The translations under genes and the position numbers were made by a program. 64,000 nt of DNA from Candidatus Nanopelagicales bacterium (GTDB lineage: Bacteria > Actinomycetota > Actinomycetes > S36-B12 > JAWKJK01). The notes under the pieces were generated by a model that was not told where the DNA came from, did no database searches, and saw only the letters and a program-made list of their open reading frames with translations. The DNA lies in the NCBI GenBank assembly GCA_041393815.1, contig JAWKJK010000006.1:103858-167857 (forward strand), written 5' to 3'. Below are positions 1-10,498 of this stretch, piece by piece; the first letter of the stretch is position 1; each line of letters begins with the position of its first letter.

Positions 1-1
1 G

Positions 2-766
2 GTCGGGACGCCGGTGATCCGCGTGTCCCACCTGCGGGGCAACCGGCTCAAGGACGTGTCCTTCACCGTGTCGGAGGGGGAGATCGTCGGGCTGGTGGGC
101 ATGCTCGGCTCCGGTCGCAGCGAGTTGGCCCGGATGCTCTTCGGGGCCCAGCGACCGACGGCGGGCAGCGTCGAGGTCACCGGTTCCTCCGCCCCGAGCT
201 CGCCCAAGCGAGCGGTGCGGGCCGGGGTCGCGCTCGTGCCGGAGAACCGTCGCCGCGACGGCGGTGTGCTTGACATGCCCATCTCCGCGAACCTGACGCT
301 GCCCACGGTGTCGACCTTCTTCACCGGCGGTCGCATCGCGACCCGCCGTGAGAGGGAGACGGTGCGCGGGCTGATCGAGCGGTTCGGCGTTAATCCGCCG
401 ATGGAGTCGCGGGCGTTCAAGTTCTTCTCCGGTGGCAACCAGCAGAAGGTCGTCATCGCGAAGTGGATGAACACCCATCCCCGCTTCGTGGTCTTCGACG
501 AGCCGGTCCAGGGCGTCGACATCGGAGCGCGGGTCGAGATCTTCGAACTGATCGGCAAGGCGGCGGAACAGGGCACCGCGGTGCTCCTCATCTCCTCCGA
601 GCTCGACCTGATGCTCAGCGTCTGCGACCGGCTCCTCGTACTCCGCGACGGGTGCCTGATCGCCGACCTACCCAACGAGGGACTCACCCGCCAGCAGCTG
701 ACCGAGCTCATCTACTTCGGGAGCGCCGGATCGCTGGCGACTCAACGCCAAGGGAGCGACGCATGA
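2..766 (+). CDS. Sugar ABC transporter ATP-binding protein (RbsA/CUT2 type), C-terminal half; 5' end lies upstream of the window
   Basis: Degenerate second-NBD Walker A GMLGSGRSE, signature FSGGNQQKVVIAKW, Walker B FDEP; frame is open to the window edge. Confidence 0.9.
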   Translation, partial: VGTPVIRVSHLRGNRLKDVSFTVSEGEIVGLVGMLGSGRSELARMLFGAQRPTAGSVEVTGSSAPSSPKRAVRAGVALVPENRRRDGGVLDMPISANLTLPTVSTFFTGGRIATRRERETVRGLIERFGVNPPMESRAFKFFSGGNQQKVVIAKWMNTHPRFVVFDEPVQGVDIGARVEIFELIGKAAEQGTAVLLISSELDLMLSVCDRLLVLRDGCLIADLPNEGLTRQQLTELIYFGSAGSLATQRQGSDA

Positions 767-1788
767 CCACTCAGGTCACGACCGAGCGCGTCTCCGTAGG
801 GGCGGACCGGGTCCGCACCGTGCGGCTACCCGGCGGCAGGACCGAGCCGGTGTCGATCTTCGCCTCCCGCATCGCGCTGCCGCTGATCCTCGTGCTCTTC
901 ATCATCGTCTTCTCGCTGCTGAGGCCCGAGACCTTCGCTACTGGGGCCAACGCGTCGACGATCCTGACGCTGCAGGCCGTGCTGACGATCCTGTGCCTCG
1001 GCCTGCTCCTCCCGCTCATCGTCGGCGAGCTCGACCTGTCGATCGCAGCCAACCTGGGTATGTCGGTCATCCTGGTGACCGGACTGACCTCCCAGAACAA
1101 CTGGCCGCTGGTGCCGGCGCTGATCGCGGCCGTCGGGGCGTCGACCCTGGTGGGAGTGGTCAACGGTCTGCTCGTCACAAGGGTGGGCGTCAACTCGTTC
1201 ATCGTCACGATCGCGATGAGCGCACTGCTCACCGGCTTCATCGGCGCGTACACCCAGGGCAACGTGTTCTACTCCAACATCCCTGAAGGGCTCGTTGCGC
1301 TCGGCCGGGGTGACTTCCTCGGCGTTCCCAAGCCGGTCGTCTACGCCGGTGTCATCGCGCTGCTGATGTGGTACCTGCTCTCGAGCACACCGCTCGGCCG
1401 CTACCTGTACGCCATCGGCGGATCCAAGGATGCGGCCCGGCTCTCCGGCATCTCGGTCAAGAACGTGACCCTGCTGGCCTTCGCAGGGGCGGGCTTCCTT
1501 GCCGGCGTGGCCGGAGTCGTTCAGGCGGGCATCCTGGGCAGCGGGAACCCCACCGTGGGTACGCCGTTCCTGCTCCCTGCGTACGCGGCCGTGTTCCTCG
1601 GCGCCACGGCCGTCCAGCCCGGGGTGTTCAACGTCTGGGGGACCGTCCTCGCGGTCATCACGGTCCAGGTCGGCACGACCGGGCTGGTGCTGCTCGGTGC
1701 GCCCTTCTGGATCGAGCCGGTGTTCCAGGGCTCGGCGCTGCTCATCGCCGTGATCGCAGCGCGGTGGCTGAAGGGGGAGGAGCTGTAG
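763..1788 (+). CDS. Sugar ABC transporter permease (RbsC type)
   Basis: ATGA overlap with previous stop; multiple TM segments; GELDLSIAA, GVNSFIVT, LGRYLYAIGGS and AAVFLGA motifs. Confidence 0.9.
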   Translation: MTTQVTTERVSVGADRVRTVRLPGGRTEPVSIFASRIALPLILVLFIIVFSLLRPETFATGANASTILTLQAVLTILCLGLLLPLIVGELDLSIAANLGMSVILVTGLTSQNNWPLVPALIAAVGASTLVGVVNGLLVTRVGVNSFIVTIAMSALLTGFIGAYTQGNVFYSNIPEGLVALGRGDFLGVPKPVVYAGVIALLMWYLLSSTPLGRYLYAIGGSKDAARLSGISVKNVTLLAFAGAGFLAGVAGVVQAGILGSGNPTVGTPFLLPAYAAVFLGATAVQPGVFNVWGTVLAVITVQVGTTGLVLLGAPFWIEPVFQGSALLIAVIAARWLKGEEL

Positions 1789-2837
1789 TGGCCACTCCGC
1801 GGCGGTTCCTCCAGTTCGGTACGGGCTGGTGGGGCGAAGGCTGGGCCCACGAGGTTGCGTCGAGCGAGCGCAGCGAGCTCGTCGGCCTCGTGGACGTGGA
1901 CCGGGTCTCGCTCGACCGGGTCGCCGACCAGATCGGTCTGCCGGCCGACCACCGCTTCACGTCCGTCGACGAGGCCCTGGCCGCGGTCGAGGCAGACTGC
2001 GCGCTCATCGTCGTCCCGCCGGCCGACCACGCGCCGGTCGCGATGGCGGCGATCGACGAGGGCCTGCACATCCTGATGGAGAAGCCGTTCGCGCCCACGC
2101 CCGCGCATGCCCGTCCGGTCGTGGCAGCGGCCGAAGCGGCGGGACGGCGTCTGATGATCTCCCAGACATTCCGGTTCCGTCGGGGTCCGCGCACGGTCCA
2201 GTCACTGATCCGACGCGGGCTCATCGGCGAGGTAGAGCAGGTCTTCGGTCGGTTCCACAAGGCCACGCCGTTTGAGCCGGACAACTTCCGCTGCCTCATG
2301 GACGAGCCGCTGATCATCGACATGGCCATCCACCACTTCGACTTCATCCGTGGTGTGTTCGGTCTCGAGCCGCACGTCGTCCGCGCCCGCAGCTGGAACC
2401 CCAGCTGGAGCTGGTACCGGGGAAACGCCAGCGCGACGGTCGAGTTCGAGACCCCCGGCGGTGCGATGGTCTCGTGGCAAGGGTCGTACTGCTCCCGAGG
2501 GCCTCTGACCACGTGGGACGGTGCGTGGGAGATCCACGGGACCCGCGGATCCCTCCACTGGGCCGACAACGAGGTCTACTTCCGGCCGACCGAGCTCGCC
2601 GACACCGTCTACACGCCGGGTGCCTTGGAGCTTCCGGGAGACCTCATGCGCGTCCCGTTGGTCGATCCGCCCACGGAGGAGCGAGCCGCGGTGCTCGAGG
2701 AGTTCCTTGATGCTCTCGACGAGGATCGTGCCCCCGAGCCCAGCGGCGCCGACAACCTCGGCAGCATCGGCCTCGTCCTCGCCGCCGCGACCTCGGCCAC
2801 CAACGGCGGCACCCCCGTCCTCGTCTCCGACATCTGA
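1788..2837 (+). CDS. Gfo/Idh/MocA family oxidoreductase
   Basis: GTG start at 1788; Rossmann-like start FGTGWWG, HILMEKPFA motif, IIDMAIHHFD catalytic motif. Confidence 0.88.
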   Translation: MATPRRFLQFGTGWWGEGWAHEVASSERSELVGLVDVDRVSLDRVADQIGLPADHRFTSVDEALAAVEADCALIVVPPADHAPVAMAAIDEGLHILMEKPFAPTPAHARPVVAAAEAAGRRLMISQTFRFRRGPRTVQSLIRRGLIGEVEQVFGRFHKATPFEPDNFRCLMDEPLIIDMAIHHFDFIRGVFGLEPHVVRARSWNPSWSWYRGNASATVEFETPGGAMVSWQGSYCSRGPLTTWDGAWEIHGTRGSLHWADNEVYFRPTELADTVYTPGALELPGDLMRVPLVDPPTEERAAVLEEFLDALDEDRAPEPSGADNLGSIGLVLAAATSATNGGTPVLVSDI

Positions 2838-2851
2838 ACCGAAGGGCAGCC

Positions 2852-3646
2852 ATGCACATCGATCTGAGTGGCACGACAGCCGTCGTGTCCGGCTCCACCC
2901 AGGGAATCGGTCTGGCCATCGTGCGCGGCCTGGCGGGCGCGGGCTCTGCCGTTGTCCTCAACGGTCGCAGCCAGGCCACCGTCGAGCGCGCCGTCGCGTC
3001 CGTCGAGAACGACGTCCCCGGCGCGTCCGTCCGCGGTGTTGCCGCGGACCTGGCCACGGTCGAGGGTGCCGAGCAGCTGCTGAGCGCGGTCCCCAGCTGC
3101 GACATCCTCGTGAACAACCTCGGGATCTTCGACCCCAAGCCGTTCCTGGAGATCGATGACGACGAGTGGCTCCGGTTCTTCCAGATCAATGTGATGAGCG
3201 GCATTCGCCTGTCCCGGGCGTACCTGCCCGGGATGATCGACAAGGGCTGGGGCCGGGTCGTGTTCGTGTCGAGCGAGTCCGCCCTCCAGATTCCTCCGGA
3301 GATGATGCATTACGGGATGACCAAGACCGCGCAACTGGCCATCTCGCGAGGGCTGGCGGAGTTCTGCGCGGGAACCGGCGTGACGGTCAACTCGATCCTC
3401 CCCGGCCCCACGGCGTCCGAGGGCGTCTCGGAGTTCGTCTGGAAGATGGGTGCCCAGGAGGGCCAGACCCAGCAAGAGGCGACGGACGAGTTCGTCCGGG
3501 TCCACCGGCCCACGCAACTGCTGCGCCGCGCTGCGACACCGGACGAGGTGGCAGCGATGGCCGTCTACCTGTGCTCCCGGCAGGCATCGGCAACAACGGG
3601 ATCCTCGGTCTCCGTGGACGGCGGCACGCGCCGCTCGATCGTCTGA
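2852..3646 (+). CDS. Short-chain dehydrogenase/reductase
   Basis: SGSTQGIG, NNLG, catalytic YGMTK, VNSILPGPT. Confidence 0.9.
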   Translation: MHIDLSGTTAVVSGSTQGIGLAIVRGLAGAGSAVVLNGRSQATVERAVASVENDVPGASVRGVAADLATVEGAEQLLSAVPSCDILVNNLGIFDPKPFLEIDDDEWLRFFQINVMSGIRLSRAYLPGMIDKGWGRVVFVSSESALQIPPEMMHYGMTKTAQLAISRGLAEFCAGTGVTVNSILPGPTASEGVSEFVWKMGAQEGQTQQEATDEFVRVHRPTQLLRRAATPDEVAAMAVYLCSRQASATTGSSVSVDGGTRRSIV

Positions 3647-3654
3647 GGATCGAC

Positions 3655-4329
3655 GTGCGTACAGCCACCGAGGTGACCGAGGCCCTGCGCGACGCGGGAT
3701 TCATGCCGGTCGTCACTGTTCACGACCCGGAGGACGCCGTCCCCCTGGGGGAGGCCCTGCTCCGCGCGGGGCTGAGGCTCGTGGAAGTGACCTTCCGGAC
3801 CGAGGCGGCCCAGCGCGCCATCATCCGGCTGCGGGCGGAGCTGCCGGAGCTGCTCGTCGCGGCGGGGACGGTGATCGACGCGGAGACCGTGGAGAGGTCC
3901 ATGGACGCCGGTGCGGCGTTCGTCGTCTCACCGGGCCTGAACCCCGAGGTCGTGGACTACTGCGTCGAACGACGCATCCCGATCGTCCCCGGCGCCAACG
4001 ACGCGTCCGAGATCGAGGTGGGGTGGACCCGCGGGGTCCGGACGTTCAACTTCTTCCCCGCGCAGCTCTCGGGTGGCCCCGCCATGCTGCAGGCGCTGGG
4101 CCGCCCGTTCACGAGCGTGGAGTTCCTGTGCTCGGGAGGGATCACCCCGCAGAACCTGGCGAGCTACCTGGCACTGCCGAACGTCGTGGCCTGTGCCGGC
4201 AGTTGGGTCGCCAGTCCCGAGTCGATCGTCGAGGGTCGCTTCCACCAGATCGAGGCCCATGCGCGGTCGACCGCGGACATCGTTCGGGCCCACCGCAGCC
4301 AGCCGACCGGCGCGGCGACGAAGGCGTAG
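3655..4329 (+). CDS. KDPG/KHG aldolase homolog lacking the Schiff-base lysine (possible pseudoenzyme)
   Basis: VEVTFRT, AGTV, SPG and GGI motifs of Eda, but FNFFPA (AAC at 4048-4050) replaces the canonical xKFFPA. Confidence 0.8.
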   Translation: MRTATEVTEALRDAGFMPVVTVHDPEDAVPLGEALLRAGLRLVEVTFRTEAAQRAIIRLRAELPELLVAAGTVIDAETVERSMDAGAAFVVSPGLNPEVVDYCVERRIPIVPGANDASEIEVGWTRGVRTFNFFPAQLSGGPAMLQALGRPFTSVEFLCSGGITPQNLASYLALPNVVACAGSWVASPESIVEGRFHQIEAHARSTADIVRAHRSQPTGAATKA

Positions 4330-4339
4330 GAGGACCGGC

Positions 4340-5023
4340 ATGGACACGCACACCCTGACTGCGGAGCTGGCCGTGCGCCGCCTGGTGCCGGTCGTCGTCA
4401 TCGATGACGCAGCGGACGCCCCCGGGCTCGGACGCGCCCTGGTCGCGGGCGGCCTGCCCCTGGCCGAGGTCACGTTCCGCACGGCGGCGGCGGCGGAGGC
4501 CATCGCGGCCCTGCGGGACTCGGTGCCCGAGATCCTCGTGGGAGCCGGAACGGTCCTCGACGTCGCCACGGTGGATGTCGCCGTCGCGTCCGGGGCGCAG
4601 TTCGTTGTCGCGCCGGGATTCAACGCCGAGGTCGTGGACCACTGTCTCGACCGAGGCGTCCCCGTCGTGCCGGGCGTGAGCACGCCGACCGAGATCGAGA
4701 TGGGTCTGTCCCGCGGCCTCACCCTGCTGAAGTTCTTCCCCGCCGAGGCCGCGGGTGGCCTCCGCCTGCTCGGCGCGATGTCCGCGCCGTACCGCACCGT
4801 GCGATTCATGCCCACCGGCGGGATCTCACCGTCGAACCTGCCCGACTACCTGCAGCACCCGGCCGTCCTGGCCTGCGGCGGGTCCTGGCTCGCGACGGCA
4901 CCGGACATCGCCGCCCACCGATTCGAGCAGATCCAGCGCAGGACTGCCGAGGCCGTCGCTGTGGCCGATTCGCTCGCCACTCCTCCCACGGCCGACCGTC
5001 CCCTCCACCCCAGCGACAAGTGA
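4340..5023 (+). CDS. eda: 2-keto-3-deoxy-6-phosphogluconate / 4-hydroxy-2-oxoglutarate aldolase
   Basis: AGGAGG RBS; AEVTFRT, GAGTV, PGVSTPTE, LKFFPAEAAGG, MPTGGI all intact. Confidence 0.9.
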   Translation: MDTHTLTAELAVRRLVPVVVIDDAADAPGLGRALVAGGLPLAEVTFRTAAAAEAIAALRDSVPEILVGAGTVLDVATVDVAVASGAQFVVAPGFNAEVVDHCLDRGVPVVPGVSTPTEIEMGLSRGLTLLKFFPAEAAGGLRLLGAMSAPYRTVRFMPTGGISPSNLPDYLQHPAVLACGGSWLATAPDIAAHRFEQIQRRTAEAVAVADSLATPPTADRPLHPSDK

Positions 5024-5033
5024 GGACTTCGAC

Positions 5034-5867
5034 ATGCCCGACTACACGCCCACCCCGGGTACTGCACTGGCCGGCAAGGTCGCCATCGTGACCGGCGGTG
5101 CCTCCGGCATCGGCGAGGCCGTCGCGCGCATCTTCGCGGCCAACCAGGCCAAGGTGACGATGGTGGACATCGACCGCGAGCGGCTGGACCGGGTCGTGGC
5201 CGAGATCGCCGCTGAGGGCGGCGACGTCGTGGGCGTGCACGCCGACGTCTGTGAGGAGGACGCCGTGCGGGCGCTCTTCGCCGACACGGTGACGCGATGG
5301 GGACACCTCGATGTGCTCGTCAACAGCGCGGGGCGAGACTCGCTGTCCCCGCCGGTGTCCGAGGTCACTCTGGACGAGTGGAACAAGACTCTCGGTCCGA
5401 ACCTCACCGCCGTCTTCCTCTGCTGTCGCGAGGCCTTCCGCATCATGGAGCAGCAGGAGTCCGGCGGCCGGATCATCAACATGGGGTCGTCCTCCGCGCG
5501 GCTGGCCAGTGGCCCGGGCCACAGCCCGTACCGCGCGTCGAAGCACGGGATGATGGGCTTCTCCAAGAACATCCTGCTCGAGGGCAAGGACAAGAACATC
5601 GGGGTCACGGTCATCAACCCGTCCCACGTGAAGACACCGATGACCGAGATCATCGACCAGGGGCTCTACGACGGGGACATCCCGGCCTACCTGGACGGGT
5701 GGCTCGACGAGAAGGAGCGCGAGGAGGGCATCCACGCCTCCTGCATCGACGTCTCCAACGTCGCCGAGGTCACGTTGTACGTCGCGACGCGGACGCCTGA
5801 CGTCACCATCCCGCAGTTCGCGCTCTACCCGACGCACAAGGCCCACCGCTATGGCATGGAGGTCTGA
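5034..5867 (+). CDS. Short-chain dehydrogenase/reductase
   Basis: TGGASGIG, NSAG, catalytic YRASK. Confidence 0.88.
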   Translation: MPDYTPTPGTALAGKVAIVTGGASGIGEAVARIFAANQAKVTMVDIDRERLDRVVAEIAAEGGDVVGVHADVCEEDAVRALFADTVTRWGHLDVLVNSAGRDSLSPPVSEVTLDEWNKTLGPNLTAVFLCCREAFRIMEQQESGGRIINMGSSSARLASGPGHSPYRASKHGMMGFSKNILLEGKDKNIGVTVINPSHVKTPMTEIIDQGLYDGDIPAYLDGWLDEKEREEGIHASCIDVSNVAEVTLYVATRTPDVTIPQFALYPTHKAHRYGMEV

Positions 5868-5873
5868 CCCGAC

Positions 5874-6980
5874 ATGAAGGCGGTCGTCCTCGAGGCCCCG
5901 AACACGTTGGCCTACAGAGACATCCCGGACCCAGCGCCGTTCGGCGCGAAACCGGTCCGGGTGCGGATCGGAGCGGTCGGCGTATGCGGGTCCGACGTAC
6001 TGCGGTACGGCAGGGGCAAGGCCTACCACTACCCCCTCGTCCTCGGACACGAGTTCTCGGGCGTGGTGGACCAGGTGCCGGAGGGATCGGGACTGCGTCC
6101 CGGTCAGAAGGTGGCGGTCTTCCCGTGCCTGCCCGACCCGGCCGACCCCCTGACCCGCGTCGGCGAGTACGTGCTGGGTTCCGGGTACGACTATTACGGC
6201 TCGCGGCGCGACGGAGCGATGGCCGAGTGGCTGTGGGTGCCGGAGGACAACCTGATCCCGGTACCGGACTCGGTGCCACTGGTGCACGCGGCCATCGTCG
6301 AGCCGGCCGCCGTCGCACTGCACGGTGTCCTGAAGCTGGACGTCCCGGCGAGCGCCAGTGCGCTCGTCATCGGGGCGGGACCGATCGGCGCCCTTGCGGC
6401 GCAGTGGCTTCGGATCCGTGGCGTCACTCGCGTGCTCGTCGCGGATGTCGACGCCCGCAAGCGGGGACTGATGGCCGACCTCGGGTTCGAGACGGTCGAC
6501 GCCTCGCCGGGCGACACCGTCGAGCAGGTGATGGAACGGACCGGGGGCAGGGGGGTCGACATCTCGGTCGAGGCGAGCGGGCTGCCCGTCACGCTTCAGC
6601 AGGCTGTCACGGTGGCTGCCACGTTCGGCCAGGTGCTGCTGCTGGGCGATGTCAGCGGGGACGTGACGCTTCCCCGTGAGCTGGTGTCGTCAGTGCTGAG
6701 GCGCGAGGTGCGAATCCTCGGCACCTGGAACTCGAAGATCGCACCCGCGGGCCACAGCGAGTGGGAGATGGTCGTCGACCACGTCGCGCGAGGCGACCTC
6801 AGAGTGGCCCCGCTGATCAGCCACGCCCCGTCCCTGGCCGAGGCCCCCGATGTCTTCGAGGACCTGCTGCAGCGGAGGACGTGGTACAACAAGGTCGTCT
6901 TCGCCGTGGCGGACCAAGCCCGCCAGGAGCTCGGCGACCCGTCCGTGGCGCCCCAGCTCGCATCGGTGGGTGCCCGGTGA
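5874..6980 (+). CDS. Zinc-dependent polyol(-phosphate) dehydrogenase (galactitol-1-phosphate 5-dehydrogenase-like)
   Basis: CGSD, LGHEFSG, GAGPIG and ILGTWNS motifs; structural-Zn Cys cluster absent. Confidence 0.85.
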   Translation: MKAVVLEAPNTLAYRDIPDPAPFGAKPVRVRIGAVGVCGSDVLRYGRGKAYHYPLVLGHEFSGVVDQVPEGSGLRPGQKVAVFPCLPDPADPLTRVGEYVLGSGYDYYGSRRDGAMAEWLWVPEDNLIPVPDSVPLVHAAIVEPAAVALHGVLKLDVPASASALVIGAGPIGALAAQWLRIRGVTRVLVADVDARKRGLMADLGFETVDASPGDTVEQVMERTGGRGVDISVEASGLPVTLQQAVTVAATFGQVLLLGDVSGDVTLPRELVSSVLRREVRILGTWNSKIAPAGHSEWEMVVDHVARGDLRVAPLISHAPSLAEAPDVFEDLLQRRTWYNKVVFAVADQARQELGDPSVAPQLASVGAR

Positions 6981-8035
6981 AGGCGGCGGTGTTCCACGCG
7001 CCTGGAGACATCCGTGTGGAGGACGTCCCCGAGCCGACGGTGCCGGACGACGGAATCCTGGTTCGAGTGCGCGCAGCGTCGATCTGCGGCACCGACCTGC
7101 GTATCTCCAAGCACGGCCACTTCAAGATCCCCCAGGGGCAGCACCGCGTCCTGGGGCACGAGATCGCGGGTGACATTGTCGCGGTCGGGCACCAGGTGGA
7201 GACCCATGCCGTGGGCGAGCGGGTGTCCGTGACCCCGAACGTCGGGTGCGGCCGTTGCGAGTTCTGCCTGGTCGGACTGAACAACATGTGTCCGGACTAC
7301 GAGGCCTTCGGCGTCAGCATGGACGGCGCGTTCGAGGAGCTCATGGCGGTGCCCGGCTTCGCCCTGCAGCGGGGCAATGTGTTCCGCATCCCCGACGGCG
7401 TCAGCTACGCCGACGCCGCCCTCACCGAGCCCTTCTCCTGCTGCTACCGGGGACAGCAGGCGCTGCACATCGGGATGGACGACTCCGTGCTGGTGGTCGG
7501 CGCCGGCCCCATCGGGATCTTCCACCTGTTGCTGAGCCGCCTCTCGGGCGCCCGACGGACCATCGTGGCCAATGCCGGCCGCCCTCGGCTCGACATCGCC
7601 GAGCGCCTGGGCGCGGACGTCACCGTGGACGTCACGACGACGGATCTGGCCGACGTGGTCGAGGCTGAGACGGGTGGCCGCGGGGTGGACGTGGCCATCA
7701 CGTGCGTCTCGGCTCCCCAGGTGCAGTCGGACACGGTGCAGCTCCTCGCCACCCACGGACGCCTCAACTTCTTCGCCGGGCTCGGTGGCGGCGAGCACCC
7801 GCCCATCGACACCAACCGGCTCCACTACAAGGGCCTGGTCCTGACCGGGACGACAGGTTCCAGCAACGCCGACTACGCGGCCTCGCTTCAGCTGGTCGCC
7901 GACGGCCGGGTACGGCCGAGCGATCTGGTGACGATGACGGTCCCCCTTGAAGGCATCGCCGACGCATTCGAGCACTCCGCTTCCGGTGCCGGGATGAAGG
8001 CCATGGTCGTGTTCGACGGAGAGGACGTGCGATGA
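6977..8035 (+). CDS. Zinc-dependent alcohol/polyol dehydrogenase (MDR family)
   Basis: GTGA overlap; CGTD, LGHE, CGRCEFC-x7-C structural Zn site, GAGPIG. Confidence 0.9.
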   Translation: MKAAVFHAPGDIRVEDVPEPTVPDDGILVRVRAASICGTDLRISKHGHFKIPQGQHRVLGHEIAGDIVAVGHQVETHAVGERVSVTPNVGCGRCEFCLVGLNNMCPDYEAFGVSMDGAFEELMAVPGFALQRGNVFRIPDGVSYADAALTEPFSCCYRGQQALHIGMDDSVLVVGAGPIGIFHLLLSRLSGARRTIVANAGRPRLDIAERLGADVTVDVTTTDLADVVEAETGGRGVDVAITCVSAPQVQSDTVQLLATHGRLNFFAGLGGGEHPPIDTNRLHYKGLVLTGTTGSSNADYAASLQLVADGRVRPSDLVTMTVPLEGIADAFEHSASGAGMKAMVVFDGEDVR

Positions 8036-9531
8036 CACCCAGGTACGTGATGGCCTTCGACTCAGGCACAACGGGCATCCGAGCGATCCTGTTCGACCAT
8101 CGCGGGCACATCGTGTCCGACGCCCAGCAGGAGTTCCCCCAGATCTACCCCCAGCCCGGGTGGGTGGAGCACAACCCGCTGGACATCTGGAACACCCAGA
8201 TCACCGTGGCGAAGCGGGCGATGACCGACGCCGGTGCCGGCCCGGAGGACGTGGCCGGCATCGGCGTCACCAACCAGCGCGAGACCACCGTCGTCTGGGA
8301 TCGCCGCACGGGCCAGCCGGTGATGAACGCCATCGTCTGGCAGGACCGGCGAACCGCCGGCTTCTGCGACGAGCTGAAGGCGATGGGGTTCGAGGAGATG
8401 GTCCGTGAGAAGACCGGACTGGTCATCGACTCGTACTTCTCCGGCACCAAGGTCCGCTGGATCCTCGACAACGTGCCCGGCGCCCGTGAGCGGGCCGAGG
8501 CGGGCGACCTGCTCTTCGGCACCGTCGACACCTGGCTGATCTGGAACCTCACCGCCGGCGCGGCCCACGTCACGGACTACACGAACGCGTCGCGCACGCT
8601 GATGTTCAACATCAACACCTGCCAGTGGGACGACGAGCTGCTGGCGATGCTGGGGGTTCCCCGCGCCATGCTGCCCGAGGCGCGCCAGACCAGCGAGGTC
8701 TACGGGCACACAGCCCCGGACATCTTCCCCGGGGGCAGCATCCCGGTCGCCGCCGCCTGCGGAGACCAGCACGGAGCGCTGTTCGGGCAGGCCTGCTTCG
8801 AGCCGGGCATGGTCAAGTGCACGTACGGGACCGGCGCCTCTCTGCTCATGAACACCGGCAGAGCGCCGGTGGCCTCGCAGAGCGGTCTTCTCACGACGGT
8901 GGCCTGGGGGATCGACGGCCGGGTCGAATACGCGCTCGAGGGGTTGATCTTCGTCTCCGCCGCCATCATCCAGTGGCTGCGGGACGAGCTGAAGATCGTG
9001 TACGACGCCGAGGACAGCGAGTTGTCCGCCCGCCGGGTCAAGGACACCCACGGTGTCTACGTCGTGCCGGCTCTGACCGGGCTGGCCGCGCCGTACTGGG
9101 ACCCGTACGCGCGTGGGGCGATCCTCGGACTCACCCGAGGCGCCAACCGCAACCACATCATCCGGGCCGCCCTGGAGTCGATCGACTATCAGATCCGCGA
9201 CGTGATCGGGTGCATGGAGAGCGACTCCGGGATCGCGACGACCGAGATCCGTGTCGACGGCGGCGCCGCCCGCAACAACTTCCTCATGCAGTTCCAGGCC
9301 GACATCCTCGGGGTGCCGGTCCTCAGGCCGACCGTGATCGAGTCGTCCGCCCGTGGGGCAGCCTTCCTCGCCGGACTGGCCACCGCCTTCTGGGACAGCC
9401 AGCGCGAGCTCCAGGACTCCTTCGAACTTGACCGCCGTTTCGAACCGCAGATGACCCAGGAGACCGGCGACGCGCTGTACGCGGGCTGGCAGAAGGCGGT
9501 CTCCCGCGTTCGCGACTGGGAGGACCACTGA
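8032..9531 (+). CDS. glpK: Glycerol kinase (FGGY family); physiological substrate here may differ
   Basis: [42 protein letters not shown] motifs. Confidence 0.85.
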   Translation: MTPRYVMAFDSGTTGIRAILFDHRGHIVSDAQQEFPQIYPQPGWVEHNPLDIWNTQITVAKRAMTDAGAGPEDVAGIGVTNQRETTVVWDRRTGQPVMNAIVWQDRRTAGFCDELKAMGFEEMVREKTGLVIDSYFSGTKVRWILDNVPGARERAEAGDLLFGTVDTWLIWNLTAGAAHVTDYTNASRTLMFNINTCQWDDELLAMLGVPRAMLPEARQTSEVYGHTAPDIFPGGSIPVAAACGDQHGALFGQACFEPGMVKCTYGTGASLLMNTGRAPVASQSGLLTTVAWGIDGRVEYALEGLIFVSAAIIQWLRDELKIVYDAEDSELSARRVKDTHGVYVVPALTGLAAPYWDPYARGAILGLTRGANRNHIIRAALESIDYQIRDVIGCMESDSGIATTEIRVDGGAARNNFLMQFQADILGVPVLRPTVIESSARGAAFLAGLATAFWDSQRELQDSFELDRRFEPQMTQETGDALYAGWQKAVSRVRDWEDH

Positions 9532-9532
9532 C

Positions 9533-10498
9533 ATGGTCGACCTGCCCCCGCCCGCCGACCGGCGGACCATGTACTTCGTCGGCGTCACCACGACCAAGTC
9601 GTCCATCATGAAGGTGTTCCCCGCCTGGGCGGACGCGCTCGCCCTGGACGCCGTGATACGCGGTATCGACCTACCACTGGATGACGATCCCGCGAACTAC
9701 CGCGCCGTCGTCGAGTTCATCAAGACGGACCCGCTGTCGCTCGGGGCCCTCGTCACGACCCACAAGCTGAACCTGTACAAGGCCAGCAAGGATCTGTTCG
9801 ACGGCGTCGGTCGGGAGACCGAGATCCTCGACGAGGTCAGCAGCATCAGCAAGCGTGGGAACCAGCTCTGGGGCCACGCCATGGACCCGCTCACCAGCGG
9901 GCTGTCGCTGGAGTCCATCGTCGGGCCGGGCTACTGGGGCCGCACCGGTGCGGACCTCATGCTGCTGGGCGCCGGCGGATCGTCGCTGGCCCTGACGCTG
10001 TGGCTGCACGAGAAGGCCTGCGAAGGCGCTGACGTGCCCGGTCGCATCGTGGTCACCAACCGTCGGCCGCACCGGCTCGAGGAGATGCAGCAGGTGCACG
10101 GCAGCATCGGCATGGCGATCCCGGTCGAGTACCACCAGGCGCCGACGCCGCCGGACAACGACGCGGTCCTGGCCGGCCTGGCCCCCGGGTCAGTCGTCGC
10201 GAACGCCACCGGACTGGGCAAGGACCGCCCGGGGTCCCCGCTCACCGACGCCGCCTCCTTCCCGCTGAACGGCGTCGCGTGGGACTTCAACTACCGCGGT
10301 GACCTGGTCTTCCTCGACCAGGCCCGCGCCCAGGAGCGCGACCACGGGCTCACGGTGGTCGACGGCTGGGAGTACTTCATCCACGGGTGGACCCGCGTCA
10401 TCGCCGAGGTCTTCCACATCGACATCCCCACGTCGGGGCCGGACTTCGACCGGCTCTCGACGATCGCCATCAACGCCACCAAGGGAGCATCCGCATGA
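9533..10498 (+). CDS. Shikimate-dehydrogenase-like (AroE fold) protein with divergent substrate site
   Basis: LVTTHK (TxxK), GAGG Rossmann motif, NATGLG, DFNY; lacks the canonical SxS and GxNTD motifs. Confidence 0.6.
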   Translation: MVDLPPPADRRTMYFVGVTTTKSSIMKVFPAWADALALDAVIRGIDLPLDDDPANYRAVVEFIKTDPLSLGALVTTHKLNLYKASKDLFDGVGRETEILDEVSSISKRGNQLWGHAMDPLTSGLSLESIVGPGYWGRTGADLMLLGAGGSSLALTLWLHEKACEGADVPGRIVVTNRRPHRLEEMQQVHGSIGMAIPVEYHQAPTPPDNDAVLAGLAPGSVVANATGLGKDRPGSPLTDAASFPLNGVAWDFNYRGDLVFLDQARAQERDHGLTVVDGWEYFIHGWTRVIAEVFHIDIPTSGPDFDRLSTIAINATKGASA

